64,000 nt of DNA, taken from assembly GCA_012517905.1 (NCBI GenBank), contig JAAYUE010000013.1, positions 11,106 to 75,105 of the forward strand. Direction: 5' to 3'. Each line of letters begins with the position of its first letter. Positions within the stretch are counted from its first letter, which is position 1. Source of the DNA: Clostridiales bacterium. Its GTDB lineage: Bacteria; Bacillota; Clostridia; Christensenellales; CAG-138. Shown piece after piece: positions 54,334-64,000 of this stretch. The position numbers and the translations under genes are program-made. Below the pieces are notes generated by a model. It was not told the origin of the DNA, made no database searches, and was given only the letters and a program-made list of their open reading frames with translations.

Positions 54334-54409
54334 CAGGCTGAAACATCGACTATTTCATCAGGAATCGGATCGATTGCCCGTAATTTCATCGAAAGGCGTG
54401 AAAAACAGC

Positions 54410-55102
54410 ATGTATCGTCGCGTATTGCTCAAGATCAGCGGGGAGGCGCTCTCCTCCGAACAGTCCGTCATCTGCCGGGAGACCGTGCTCGACACGGTGA
54501 AGAAAATCAAGGCCGTTCGCGATATGGGCGTGCAGATCGGCATCGTCGTCGGCGGCGGCAACATCATGCGCGGACGAAGCGCCGCCGGCATGGAACGAAA
54601 CCGCGCGGATCATATGGGCATGCTCGCAACCGCCATCAACGCGCTGGCGCTGCAGGACGCGCTGGAACAGGCGGGCGTTCCCTGCGAGGTGCAGTCCGCC
54701 GTGGACATGGACCGCTTCTGCGAACCCTTTTCCGCCAGAGCCGCCAGGCGCGCGCTGGAGGAGGGAAGGGTCGTCGTGTTCGCCTGCGGCAGCGGCTGTC
54801 CGTTTTTCTCGACGGATACGGCGGCGGCGCTGCGCGCGGCGGAGATCGGCGCGGACGCGCTGCTGCTGGCGAAGAACATCGACGCGGTCTACTCCGCCGA
54901 TCCCAAAACGGACCCGTCCGCCGTGCGCTACCGCCGCATCAGCTATGATCGCGTGGTCGCCGAAAACCTGCGCGCGACGGACCTGACCGCGATTACGCTC
55001 TGCAAGGAGCAGAAAATCCCGATCCGGGCGTTTGCGCTCGATCAGATCGAGCAGATTTTTACGGACGACAGCATCGGCACGCACATCGTCGAACACGAGT
55101 GA
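54410..55102 (+). CDS. pyrH: UMP kinase
   Basis: MYRRVLLKISGEAL N-terminus with VVGGGNIMRG. Confidence 0.95.
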   Translation: MYRRVLLKISGEALSSEQSVICRETVLDTVKKIKAVRDMGVQIGIVVGGGNIMRGRSAAGMERNRADHMGMLATAINALALQDALEQAGVPCEVQSAVDMDRFCEPFSARAARRALEEGRVVVFACGSGCPFFSTDTAAALRAAEIGADALLLAKNIDAVYSADPKTDPSAVRYRRISYDRVVAENLRATDLTAITLCKEQKIPIRAFALDQIEQIFTDDSIGTHIVEHE

Positions 55103-55304
55103 TATTCTCAAAAAGCCGCCGCGCAATTCAGAGTTGACGCTCCGATTTGCGGGCGGTTTTGCATATCTTTCCGGCCAACCGGAATGCCGCGCCGCTTCGA
55201 TTTATCTTCGGCATTTTCGTTTTCAGCCGACAGCCGAAGAAGTTCAGGCTTGAATCCCATGCGGCACCTATAGTAGAATAAAAGGCGTACAGGAGGAATG
55301 GAAC

Positions 55305-55862
55305 ATGGCAAACGATATCATTGACAGCACGAAAGAACGCATGCAGAAGACCATTGCCGTGCTCAAGGCGGAGCTTGGCGGCCTTCGCGCGGGACGCGCA
55401 AACCCGCAGCTGCTCGATCGCATCCAGGCGGACTATTACGGAACGCCGACGCCGATTCAGCAGCTTGGCAACATCTCCACGCCGGAGCCGCGGATGCTGC
55501 TCATCTCTGTCTGGGACAACAAGGCCATTCCCGCCATCGAAAAAGCGATTCAGAAAAGCGATCTCGGCATCAATCCCGCCAACGACGGCAAGGTGATCCG
55601 CCTGATGTTCCCGGAGCTCAACGAAGAGCGCAGAAAAGAACTCGTGAAGGTCGTCAAAAAATATGGCGAGGAGAGTAAAATCGCCATCCGCGCTATCCGC
55701 CGCGACGCAAACGAGCAGATCAAGAAGGACGAAAAGGACAAAATCATCACCGAGGACGACCGAAAGACGCTGGACGACAAAATCCAGAAGCTGACGGACG
55801 ATCAGATCAAGGAGATCGAAGGCATCCTCGCCGCCAAGGAAAAGGAGATCCTCGCGGTTTGA
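55305..55862 (+). CDS. frr: ribosome recycling factor
   Basis: 185 aa, RRF family throughout ([19 protein letters not shown]). Confidence 0.96.
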   Translation: MANDIIDSTKERMQKTIAVLKAELGGLRAGRANPQLLDRIQADYYGTPTPIQQLGNISTPEPRMLLISVWDNKAIPAIEKAIQKSDLGINPANDGKVIRLMFPELNEERRKELVKVVKKYGEESKIAIRAIRRDANEQIKKDEKDKIITEDDRKTLDDKIQKLTDDQIKEIEGILAAKEKEILAV

Positions 55863-56068
55863 CCGGCGTACTTGGCCTCCCGCTCGAGCGCGCCAGAGAA
55901 CTTCTTGAGCGCGAGGGCGTGTCGGTGTCCGTGCTCGAAACCCGCTCAAAAAAAGGCGTGGAAGGCGGAACCGACGCGCGCGTGATCCGGCAGGACATGC
56001 AGGACGAGCGTCATGCGGTTCTCGTATATGCGGTTTTTCGAACCGAACCGAATGAAGCGAATGCTTGA
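55859..56068 (+). CDS. small hypothetical protein (69 aa) wedged between frr and uppS
   Basis: The TTG start overlaps the frr stop (TTGA). Third-position GC is high and no frame disruption is seen. The pattern [20 protein letters not shown]...ARVIRQ...VLVYAVF resembles small PASTA-like alpha/beta modules. I have no family assignment. Confidence 0.4.
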   Translation: MTGVLGLPLERARELLEREGVSVSVLETRSKKGVEGGTDARVIRQDMQDERHAVLVYAVFRTEPNEANA

Positions 56069-56114
56069 GGTGCAGGGTGCTTTCGCTCTGCACCTCGGTC
56101 TGTAAACGGAGAAT

Positions 56115-56867
56115 ATGGCAAATTACAGCGAAGAACAAATCCGCTCGCTCGGCCTCAACAGCGCGTTGCTGCCGAAGCATGTCGCGGTTATCATGGACGG
56201 AAACGGCCGTTGGGCGAAGCAGAGGCATCTGCCGCGCAGCGCGGGACACCGCGCGGGCGTAGACCGGCTTCGCGGCATCATCCGCCTGTCCTCCGACCTG
56301 GGCGTCGCTTCGCTGACGCTCTACGCGTTTTCCACGGAAAACTGGAAGCGCCCTTCCGACGAGGTCGGCACGCTCATGGCGCTGCTCATTGAGTATTTCA
56401 CAAAAGAGATCGACGAGCTCTTTTCCAACAACGTGCGCATCCGCATCATCGGCGCGTACGAAGAATTCGCCGCGCCGGTGCGTTCGGTGATCGAGCGCGC
56501 CATGAAGCGAACGCAAGCGAATACGGGGCTGAACCTGAACATCGCGCTCAACTACGGCAGCCGCGCCGAAATCCTGCGCGCGGCAAACCTCGCCATGCGG
56601 CAGGCGATCTCGGACGGCAGAAGCGAGATCACGGCGCAAGAGCTGGAGAACTATCTCTATACGGCCGGACAGCCGGAGGTGGATCTGCTCATCCGCACGA
56701 GCGGCGAAATGCGCATCTCCAATTTCCTGCTCTACCAGTGTTCCTATGCCGAGTTTCTGTTTCCGGAAGAATACTGGCCGGATTTCACGGATGAAGCGTA
56801 TCTCGAAGCGCTGCGCACGTATCAGAAGCGCTCGCGCCGTTTCGGCGGGCTGGAGGAAGAGGCATGA
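56115..56867 (+). CDS. uppS: isoprenyl transferase (undecaprenyl diphosphate synthase)
   Basis: HVAVIMDGNGRWA, and the RTSGEMRISNFLLYQ motif. Confidence 0.96.
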   Translation: MANYSEEQIRSLGLNSALLPKHVAVIMDGNGRWAKQRHLPRSAGHRAGVDRLRGIIRLSSDLGVASLTLYAFSTENWKRPSDEVGTLMALLIEYFTKEIDELFSNNVRIRIIGAYEEFAAPVRSVIERAMKRTQANTGLNLNIALNYGSRAEILRAANLAMRQAISDGRSEITAQELENYLYTAGQPEVDLLIRTSGEMRISNFLLYQCSYAEFLFPEEYWPDFTDEAYLEALRTYQKRSRRFGGLEEEA

Positions 56868-57679
56868 AGACGCGCATCATCGTAGGCATTCTGCTGGTTC
56901 TCATGCTGATTGCCGTGCTGTTTTTCGGCGGGTTTCTGCTGCTTTGCGTGCTCGCGCTGTTTTCGCTCGCCGCCATCCACGAAATGGGCCAGACGTTTCG
57001 TAACAAGAGCTACGATCCGATTCTGATTCCGGCGTATGTGTTCGCGCTGGCGTATCCGTTCGTGTATTTTTATCTCGGCATGCTCTCGATGTTCATCCTC
57101 TACATGGCGTCCGTGATGGCGACGATGATCTGGTCGCTGTTTACGAAGCGCCACACGACGAACGACATCATTCCGTCCCTGTTTATTTTGAATTATCCGA
57201 CGCTGTTTCTGATGTGCATGCTGCTCGTCTATTTCAGCTTCGGCAGGCCCATTGCGCTCGTTGCGGCAGGCATGGCATATGCCGCGCCGGAGTGCTCGGA
57301 CACCTTCGCCTATTTCGGCGGCACGTTTCTGGGCAAGCACAAGCTCTGCCCGACCATCAGCCCTAAAAAGACGGTCGAGGGCGCGGTGTTCGCGCTGATC
57401 GGCGGAACGGCGTTCGGCTTTGGCATGATCTATCTGCAGCGGCTCTGGGGCGCCAATGTGAATTCGGTCGTGCTGATCCTGCTCGGGCTCGGCTGCGGGC
57501 TGCTGTCGCAGTTTGGCGACCTGTTCGCGTCGCTGCTCAAGCGCTGGGCCGGCGTCAAGGACTTTTCCAGCGTGTTCCCCGGACACGGCGGTATCATCGA
57601 TCGCATCGACAGCATCATGTTCTGCACGCCTCTCGTGCTCTGCGTGTTTCTGATCATGCAGAAGATGGCCATATTTTAA
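56864..57679 (+). CDS. cdsA: phosphatidate cytidylyltransferase
   Basis: 271 aa, polytopic, with the C-terminal signature SLLKRWAGVKDFSSVFPGHGGIIDRIDS. Confidence 0.94.
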   Translation: MKTRIIVGILLVLMLIAVLFFGGFLLLCVLALFSLAAIHEMGQTFRNKSYDPILIPAYVFALAYPFVYFYLGMLSMFILYMASVMATMIWSLFTKRHTTNDIIPSLFILNYPTLFLMCMLLVYFSFGRPIALVAAGMAYAAPECSDTFAYFGGTFLGKHKLCPTISPKKTVEGAVFALIGGTAFGFGMIYLQRLWGANVNSVVLILLGLGCGLLSQFGDLFASLLKRWAGVKDFSSVFPGHGGIIDRIDSIMFCTPLVLCVFLIMQKMAIF

Positions 57680-57722
57680 TCGATAACGAGGTACGCGCCG
57701 TTTTTGCGGCGCACATCGGCAA

Positions 57723-58880
57723 ATGAAAAAACGCATCTCGGTGCTCGGATGCACCGGTTCCATCGGCAGGCAGTCCCTCGACGTCATCGCCTCGCATCCG
57801 GAGGAGATGGCGCTCTTTGGCATTGCCGCGAATACCGGCGTCGATTCGCTCATCCGCCTTGCAAACGAATACCGCCCGCGCGTCGTCGCCTGCGAAACGG
57901 AGTTTGACGCAAGCTTGCTTCCCGCGGGGACGGAGGCGCTGCTCGGCCCCGGTTCCACGGAGCGCCTCGCCGCGCTCACGGACGCGGACGTCGTGGTCAA
58001 CGGGATCAGCGGCTTTGCCGCGCTCGCGCCGCTGGTCGCGTCGCTCAGGGCTGGCAAACGCGTCGCGCTGGCGAACAAGGAGAGCGTCGTCTGCGGCAAG
58101 AGCCTGCTCGACGGCGTCGTCTTGGCATACGGCGGCGAGATCATCCCCGTGGACAGCGAGCAGTCCGCCATCTTCCAGTGCCTGCAAAACGGAAAAAAGG
58201 AAGAGGTGGACAAGCTCATCCTCACCGCGTCCGGCGGACCGTTCTGGCGGGAGAAGCGGGAAGCGCTCACGCACATCACCTTGGAGCAGGCGCTCGCGCA
58301 CCCGACCTGGAACATGGGGCGCAAGATCACCATCGACTCCGCGACGCTGTTCAACAAAGGGCTCGAGGTGATCGAGGCCGCGTATCTGTTCGACGTTCCG
58401 GCGGAGCAGATCGACGTGGTCATCCATCCGCAATCCATCGTGCATTCCATGGTCGCCTATCGAGACGGAACCTGCATGGCGAACATGAGCAGGCCCGACA
58501 TGCGCCTGCCGATTCAGTATGCGATTACGTATCCCGAACGCATGCCGTCCTCCTGCACGCCGCTGAAGCTTTTTACAGAGCAGCCGCTGACCTTTCACGA
58601 GCCGGACCTGAATCGGTTTTTATCGCTGCGTCTTGCCTATGACGCGCTGCGCGCCGGGATGTCCTGCCCGCTGGCGTATAATGGCGCAAATGAGGCGGCT
58701 GTGGAAGCATTTTGTAGCGGGCGGATCGGCTTTCTGGACATCGAGCGCGTGGTGGACTATACTCTGAATCAGCACATCCCCAGAGCGCTCTCGAGCCTCG
58801 GGGAGATCATGGAGGCGGATCGGCAGGCGCGCGATATCGCGCGGCGGGCGATCGAAGCGCTCCAACAGGAAAGGCGGTAA
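57723..58880 (+). CDS. dxr: 1-deoxy-D-xylulose-5-phosphate reductoisomerase
   Basis: ISVLGCTGSIGRQSL (NADPH site), LANKESVV, and SAIFQCL. Confidence 0.96.
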   Translation: MKKRISVLGCTGSIGRQSLDVIASHPEEMALFGIAANTGVDSLIRLANEYRPRVVACETEFDASLLPAGTEALLGPGSTERLAALTDADVVVNGISGFAALAPLVASLRAGKRVALANKESVVCGKSLLDGVVLAYGGEIIPVDSEQSAIFQCLQNGKKEEVDKLILTASGGPFWREKREALTHITLEQALAHPTWNMGRKITIDSATLFNKGLEVIEAAYLFDVPAEQIDVVIHPQSIVHSMVAYRDGTCMANMSRPDMRLPIQYAITYPERMPSSCTPLKLFTEQPLTFHEPDLNRFLSLRLAYDALRAGMSCPLAYNGANEAAVEAFCSGRIGFLDIERVVDYTLNQHIPRALSSLGEIMEADRQARDIARRAIEALQQERR

Positions 58881-58886
58881 ACGACG

Positions 58887-59924
58887 TTGTCAACAGCGTT
58901 TTCCATACTTGCGGCGTTAGTCCTGCTCTCGTTTCTCGTGATGATCCACGAGCTCGGGCATTATCTGGCGGGACGCGCGCTCGGGTTTTCCATACTGGAA
59001 TTCTCCATCGGCATGGGGCCGAAACTGCTCAAAAAACAGGCAAAAAACGGCACCGAGTTCACGCTTCGCGCATTTCCGATCGGCGGCATGTGCCGCTTTG
59101 AGGGCGAAGACCAGCAGGTGCAGAACGAGCGCTCCTTCAACGCGCAAAAGGTCTGGAAACGCATCATCGTCGTACTCTCCGGCCCTCTGACGAACCTCGT
59201 ATTCGCCATTCTGCTTTCGTTCGTCACGCTCAGTTTCTTTGGCGACTATATGCCGGGCATCTATGAAGTGGCACCCGACACGCCTGCTGCGGTCGCCGGC
59301 GTACAGGTTGGCGACGTCATTCAGGACGTCAACGGAAAACCGATCAAACTGTACTATCAGATCACCGACATGATCGTGGCGGCGGACTCGGACGAGTTGA
59401 CGCTCACCGTGCTCAGAAACGGTGAGAGCACGACGCTGCATCTGAGCGATATCTACAATCAGGAGATGGGCCGCAACTACATCGGCGTCACCATCACGCC
59501 GGAGCGGGTCATGTTCGGCGTCGGCGAGTCCGCGCTGCGGTCGATCAACTATGTGACGGGTACGCTCGGCGAGACGTTCCGCTTCTTCGGCAGGGTGGCG
59601 CAGGGCAATGTGTCCAGTTCCGACGCGGCCGGTCCCGTTGCCATCGTCGCCATGATCAGCGAGGCGGTCCGTTCGGGCGGCGAAACCGTGCTGCGATTGC
59701 TCGTGCTCATCAGTGCGAGCCTCGGCATCATGAACCTGCTCCCGATTCCCGCCATGGACGGCGGCAGGCTCGTGTTTATGGTCGTTGAAGCGATCCGCGG
59801 CAAACCGATTGCGCCGGAGAAAGAGGGCATGATCCACTTTGTCGGGTTGATTCTGCTCTTTGGGCTGATCATCTTTTTGACGTTTAACGACGTGGGCAAT
59901 CTGATTCGGGGGACGATAGGATAA
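58887..59924 (+). CDS. rseP: RIP metalloprotease RseP (M50 family)
   Basis: HELGHY zinc motif, an internal PDZ domain, and NLLPIPAMDGG. The start codon is TTG. Confidence 0.93.
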   Translation: MSTAFSILAALVLLSFLVMIHELGHYLAGRALGFSILEFSIGMGPKLLKKQAKNGTEFTLRAFPIGGMCRFEGEDQQVQNERSFNAQKVWKRIIVVLSGPLTNLVFAILLSFVTLSFFGDYMPGIYEVAPDTPAAVAGVQVGDVIQDVNGKPIKLYYQITDMIVAADSDELTLTVLRNGESTTLHLSDIYNQEMGRNYIGVTITPERVMFGVGESALRSINYVTGTLGETFRFFGRVAQGNVSSSDAAGPVAIVAMISEAVRSGGETVLRLLVLISASLGIMNLLPIPAMDGGRLVFMVVEAIRGKPIAPEKEGMIHFVGLILLFGLIIFLTFNDVGNLIRGTIG

Positions 59925-59925
59925 C

Positions 59926-60984
59926 ATGACAAAGCAGATCCTCGTCGGCGGGGTCCCCGTCGGCGGCGGCGCGCCGGTTACGGTGCAATCCATGACGAAT
60001 ACGGACACGCGGGACGTGGAAGCCACCGTGGGTCAGATCGAGCGACTCACCGAGGCGGGCTGCGAGATCGTCCGTTCCTCCGTATACGATATGGCGTGCG
60101 CAAGCGCGCTGAAGCAGATCAAAAGCCGCGTCAGCATCCCCATCGTCGCGGATATCCACTTCGACTACCGCCTCGCCATCGCGGCCATCGAAAACGGCGC
60201 GGACAAGCTGCGCTTCAACCCCGGCAACATCGGCGACGAAGCTCGCGTGCGAGCGCTGGTGAGCTGCGCAAAAGCGCACGGCACGCCCATTCGAATCGGT
60301 GTCAACGCCGGCTCCATCGAGCCCGCGATGCGCAAGAAATACGGTGGCGCAACCACGGAGGCCATGGTCGAAAGCGCGCTGAAGCACGTCGCCATCCTAG
60401 AGCGCGAAGGGTTTACGGACATCGTGCTCTCTCTTAAAGCGTCCAACGTTCGGGACACCGTGGACGCCTATCGCGCCGTCAGCCGGCGCGTGGACTATCC
60501 GCTGCATGTCGGCGTCACCGAGACGGGCGACGTCGCAAGCGGCATCGTGAAATCCGCCGCGGGCATCGGCGCGCTGCTGCTGGACGGCATCGGCGACACC
60601 ATCCGCGTATCGCTGACGGACGATCCCGTGCGGGAGGTGGAGACGGGGCTTCGGATTCTCCGCGCGGTCGGCCTCCGAAAAGACGACATCGAGCTCGTGA
60701 GCTGCCCGACCTGCGGCAGGACGCGCGTGGACGTGATGAAGATGGTGGATGTCGTCAACAGCCGCCTGCCGCACAATCAGGGGTATCTGAAAGTTGCGGT
60801 CATGGGCTGCGCGGTCAACGGACCCGGCGAAGCGGGGGACGCGGACATCGGCGTCGCGTTCGGCAACGGAAACGGCATTTTGTTTGAACAAGGCCGGCAG
60901 GTGTATCACGGCGCGGCGGAAGAGGTCGTCGAGCGGCTGATCGCGCGCGCGGCGGACATGCTTGCCGAACGGAATAAACGCTAG
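59926..60984 (+). CDS. ispG: 4-hydroxy-3-methylbut-2-en-1-yl diphosphate synthase (flavodoxin)
   Basis: VQSMTNTDT N-terminus and Fe-S ligands SCPTCGR...GCAVNGPGE. Confidence 0.96.
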   Translation: MTKQILVGGVPVGGGAPVTVQSMTNTDTRDVEATVGQIERLTEAGCEIVRSSVYDMACASALKQIKSRVSIPIVADIHFDYRLAIAAIENGADKLRFNPGNIGDEARVRALVSCAKAHGTPIRIGVNAGSIEPAMRKKYGGATTEAMVESALKHVAILEREGFTDIVLSLKASNVRDTVDAYRAVSRRVDYPLHVGVTETGDVASGIVKSAAGIGALLLDGIGDTIRVSLTDDPVREVETGLRILRAVGLRKDDIELVSCPTCGRTRVDVMKMVDVVNSRLPHNQGYLKVAVMGCAVNGPGEAGDADIGVAFGNGNGILFEQGRQVYHGAAEEVVERLIARAADMLAERNKR

Positions 60985-61008
60985 ATTCAACCGGAGGGAA
61001 GGCAAGGT

Positions 61009-64000
61009 TTGCAGGAGGAATTGTTTGCCACGCTCAGACGCGTCGGCATAACGGACGAGTCCGTGCAGCTCGAAAACGTCACCCTGAACCGTGAGCAAAA
61101 CCTGCTGACGGTCTTTTTTCGGTGCGACAGCGAGCCGCCGATCGACCTGACCGTCGTGCTGGTCAACGATCTGGAAAGCCGCCTTGGCGGAACGCGCGTG
61201 CGCATCGAGTGGAGTTCGAAAAATCGTCCCCCGGACGAAAATGGCGACGCGGATTCGCCCGCTCCGGTCAAGCCGGCCGACAGGCCCGGCAAAGCCGCGC
61301 CGTCCGGCAAGCGCATTCTCTACGGCGGGTTCGTCTCCTCAAGCAACCATACGCAGATTGCAAGCCTGAAGAGCGACGGCGGCAAATATATCATCGAGGG
61401 TACGATCGTATCGCTCAACGAGCGAAATTCCTTTAAGAACAAGCGCCGCAAGGGAGAGCTGAGCTTTCCGCTCGACGTTTCCGTTTCGGACGGGACGGAC
61501 ACGATCTTCTGCTCACTGCTGCTCGACACCGAGGAGCAGAAAAACAGAATGATGGCGGAGCTGGAGACTGCGAAAAAAAGCGGCGACCATATCCTTGCGC
61601 AGGGCGTTTGCCGCACATCCCCGATCACCGGCGAAATGGTGTTTTACGCAAACAACGTCTGCCTTGCCCCGTTCGAGGGCAGGCAGGACATTGGCGAGCA
61701 AAAGCGCGTGGAGCTGCATCTGCACACGCGCATGAGCGCACAGGACGGCATCACGGACGTTGCGGCGGCGTTCGATACCGCCAAGCGCTTCGGGCACAAA
61801 GCCCTCGCCATTACGGACCACGGCGTGGTGCAGGCTTTTCCCGCGGCGGCGAAGGCCTCGAAAAAGAGCGGCGTCAAGGCGCTCTTCGGTGTGGAGGGGT
61901 ATCTGCTGCGCGAAAGCGAGCTGATCGACATGGATCAGACCTTCGTGGTGTTCGACCTTGAGACGACGGGCCTGAAGCCCGAACAGTGCGAAATCATCGA
62001 AGTCGGCGCGGTCAAGCTGCGAAACGGCGAGATCGTCGACCGGTTTCAGACGTTTGTCAACGACGGCGGCGTGGTCCCGACCAACATCACCGAGCTCACC
62101 GGCATCACGACGGATATGCTCGCAGGCGCGCCGAACACGCGGGACGTGCTGACCGGTTTCCACGCGTTCTGCGCGGGCTGCTGCCTTGTTGCGCACAACG
62201 CGGAGTTCGACATGAGCTTCATCCGCTTCCACGGCAGGCGCTTCAACCTTGAATTTGCGAACCCCTATGCGGACACGCTCATGCTCTCGCGCTATCTCAT
62301 GCACGACCTGATCAACCATAAGCTGGATACGGTCTGCGACGCGCTCGGCGTGGTGCTCAAAGACCACCACCGCGCGACGGACGATGCCGCCGCGACGGGA
62401 GAGGTGTTTCTCAGACTGCTCGAAAAGCTTGGCGGTCTCGGCCTGACCAGGCTGCCCGTGCGAACGGAGGAGACGAAGCAGGAGCGCGGCAAAAAACGCG
62501 CCCCGACGACGCACATCATCCTCCTCGCCAGAACACAGGCCGGCATGAAAAACCTCTACCGCATCGTCAGCTACGCGCACCTCGACCATTTTCACTATAC
62601 GCCGATCATCCCGTTCAGCCTGCTCTCGCTCTATCGCGAAGGGTTGATCCTTGGCTCCGCCTGCGAAGCGGGGGAGTTGTATCAGGCGATTCTGAACGAG
62701 GCGGGGCAGGAGCGTATCGAATACCTCGCCGGAACCTATGATTTTCTCGAGATTCAGCCGCGCTGCAACAACGCGTTTCTCGTGCGCGAAGGCAGGGCGA
62801 GCGAGGAGCGCGTGCTGGACATCAACCGCGAAATCGTCGCGCTGGGAGACCGGCTCGGCATTCCCGTGGTCGCGACGGGGGACGTGCATTTTCTCGACCC
62901 GGAGGACGCGATCTATCGCGAGGTCATCCTCACGAAAAACGGATTTGACGACGCGGCGTTTCAGGCCCCGCTCTACTACAAGACGACCGCGGAAATGCTG
63001 GAGGAGTTTGCCTACCTCGGCGCCGAAACGGCCCGGCGCGTCGTGGTGGACGAACCGAACCGCATTGCCGACCTCTGCGAGCCGCTCAAACCGTTTCCGG
63101 ACGGCACCCATGCGCCGACCATCGAAAACGCGAGCGACATCCTGCGCGATATGGCCGTCGGCCGGGCGCATGAGCTCTATGGCGATCCGCTTCCCGATAT
63201 CGTGCAGGCGCGGCTCGACCGCGAGCTGAAGTCCATCATCGGAAACGGATTCGCCTCGCTCTATCTCATGGCACAACGGCTGGTGCACAAGAGCAATTCG
63301 GACGGATACCTCGTCGGCTCGCGCGGATCGGTCGGCTCGTCGTTTGTCGCAACCATGGCGGGCATCACCGAAGTCAACCCGCTGCAGCCGCACTATGTCT
63401 GCCCCAAATGCAAGCACAGCGATTTCAACGTGGACCGTCTGGTGTATGCCTGCGGTATCGACATGCCGAATCAGGACTGCCCGGTCTGCGGCACGCGCTA
63501 CAGCAAGATGGGCTTCGACATTCCCTTTGAAGTGTTTCTGGGATTCGACGGCGACAAGACGCCGGATATCGACCTGAACTTTTCGGGCGAATATCAGCCC
63601 GTCGCGCACAAGTACGTCGAGGAGATGTTCGGCCGCGGGCACGCGTTCCGCGCGGGCACGATCAGCGGCGTCGCGGAACGGACCGCGTTTGAATACGTCC
63701 GCATTTACGAGGAAAAGACGGGAAAAGTGCTCAAGCGCGCCGAACGGGAGCGCATCGCAAAAGGCTGCCAGGACGTAAAGGTCACCACCGGCCAGCACCC
63801 GGGCGGCATCGTCATCGTGCCGCAGGAGGACGACATCCTCGACTACACGCCGATTCAGTATCCCGCGGATAAGGCGGATAAAAATACGATCACCACGCAT
63901 TTCGACTTCCACGCGATGGACGACCGACTCGTGAAGCTCGACATCCTCGGGCACGACGACCCGACCGCGCTGCGGATGCTGCAGGACCTGACCTGTCTGG
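61009..64000 (+). CDS. polC: DNA polymerase III PolC-type, 3'-truncated by the window edge
   Basis: No + strand entry appears in the track because the frame is open to the window end. Hand translation from TTG 61009 (after GGAGGGA) gives ...KRVELHLHTRMSAQDGI (PHP), FVVFDLETTGL and HNAEFDMSF (the DEDD exonuclease motifs). The long minus-strand ORF 61513..63954 is its shadow. Confidence 0.92.
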   Translation, partial: MQEELFATLRRVGITDESVQLENVTLNREQNLLTVFFRCDSEPPIDLTVVLVNDLESRLGGTRVRIEWSSKNRPPDENGDADSPAPVKPADRPGKAAPSGKRILYGGFVSSSNHTQIASLKSDGGKYIIEGTIVSLNERNSFKNKRRKGELSFPLDVSVSDGTDTIFCSLLLDTEEQKNRMMAELETAKKSGDHILAQGVCRTSPITGEMVFYANNVCLAPFEGRQDIGEQKRVELHLHTRMSAQDGITDVAAAFDTAKRFGHKALAITDHGVVQAFPAAAKASKKSGVKALFGVEGYLLRESELIDMDQTFVVFDLETTGLKPEQCEIIEVGAVKLRNGEIVDRFQTFVNDGGVVPTNITELTGITTDMLAGAPNTRDVLTGFHAFCAGCCLVAHNAEFDMSFIRFHGRRFNLEFANPYADTLMLSRYLMHDLINHKLDTVCDALGVVLKDHHRATDDAAATGEVFLRLLEKLGGLGLTRLPVRTEETKQERGKKRAPTTHIILLARTQAGMKNLYRIVSYAHLDHFHYTPIIPFSLLSLYREGLILGSACEAGELYQAILNEAGQERIEYLAGTYDFLEIQPRCNNAFLVREGRASEERVLDINREIVALGDRLGIPVVATGDVHFLDPEDAIYREVILTKNGFDDAAFQAPLYYKTTAEMLEEFAYLGAETARRVVVDEPNRIADLCEPLKPFPDGTHAPTIENASDILRDMAVGRAHELYGDPLPDIVQARLDRELKSIIGNGFASLYLMAQRLVHKSNSDGYLVGSRGSVGSSFVATMAGITEVNPLQPHYVCPKCKHSDFNVDRLVYACGIDMPNQDCPVCGTRYSKMGFDIPFEVFLGFDGDKTPDIDLNFSGEYQPVAHKYVEEMFGRGHAFRAGTISGVAERTAFEYVRIYEEKTGKVLKRAERERIAKGCQDVKVTTGQHPGGIVIVPQEDDILDYTPIQYPADKADKNTITTHFDFHAMDDRLVKLDILGHDDPTALRMLQDLTCL

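Noticed and set aside
1-64000. CRISPR arrays, rRNA genes, prophage or IS elements, and large tandem or dispersed DNA repeats.
   Set aside because: I saw no regularly spaced direct repeats, rRNA-like sequence, integrase, transposase or phage structural genes. The repeat-like DNA I noticed is explained by acidic, Pro/Thr-rich or DUF11-repeat coding regions and by the paralogous two-component genes.

Overview
This window is a high-GC (hand counts about 57-60% in core genes) chromosomal core region of a Clostridia-type Firmicute. The taxon is inferred from synteny and from the presence of the SCIFF system. Nearly all genes lie on the + strand in classic Firmicute housekeeping order: phoH-pgpH-ybeY-cdd-era-recO; an L,D-transpeptidase/M23 peptidase pair; rsmD-coaD-(coiled-coil protein)-ylbK-like patatin, convergent with tmcAL; pta-ackA; the SCIFF precursor (a 47-aa ORF missing from the ORF track) plus its radical-SAM maturase, coupled to recJ-apt; relA-dtd-MBL-hemZ; T-box-controlled hisS-aspS; rseC-like; glyA; PBP1A-udg; two tandem paralogous OmpR/histidine-kinase pairs; tyrS-yigZ; a DUF11-repeat surface protein; DUF2461; a minus-strand membrane-protein operon; ogt; Rrf2-nifS-nifU; yajC; ireB-ruvX-DUF1292; and rpsB-tsf-pyrH-frr-uppS-cdsA-dxr-rseP-ispG-polC (3'-truncated). 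The only clearly accessory DNA is about 2 kb between glyA and a stand-alone tRNA-Ala(GGC), at 29.5-31.4 kb. It holds a sharply bounded ~30-35% GC single-gene cassette encoding a 2-TM protein, followed by a native-GC two-gene module: a protein with a possible PD-(D/E)xK-like motif and a small zinc-ribbon protein. None of the three has a function I can assign. Other points worth a second look are an in-frame TAA splitting the patatin gene, a hisS-aspS T-box whose specifier and discriminator readout is ambiguous, and back-to-back palindromic promoters. I found no CRISPR array, IS element, integrase or rRNA gene. Many long ORFs in the track are antisense shadows typical of high-GC DNA.
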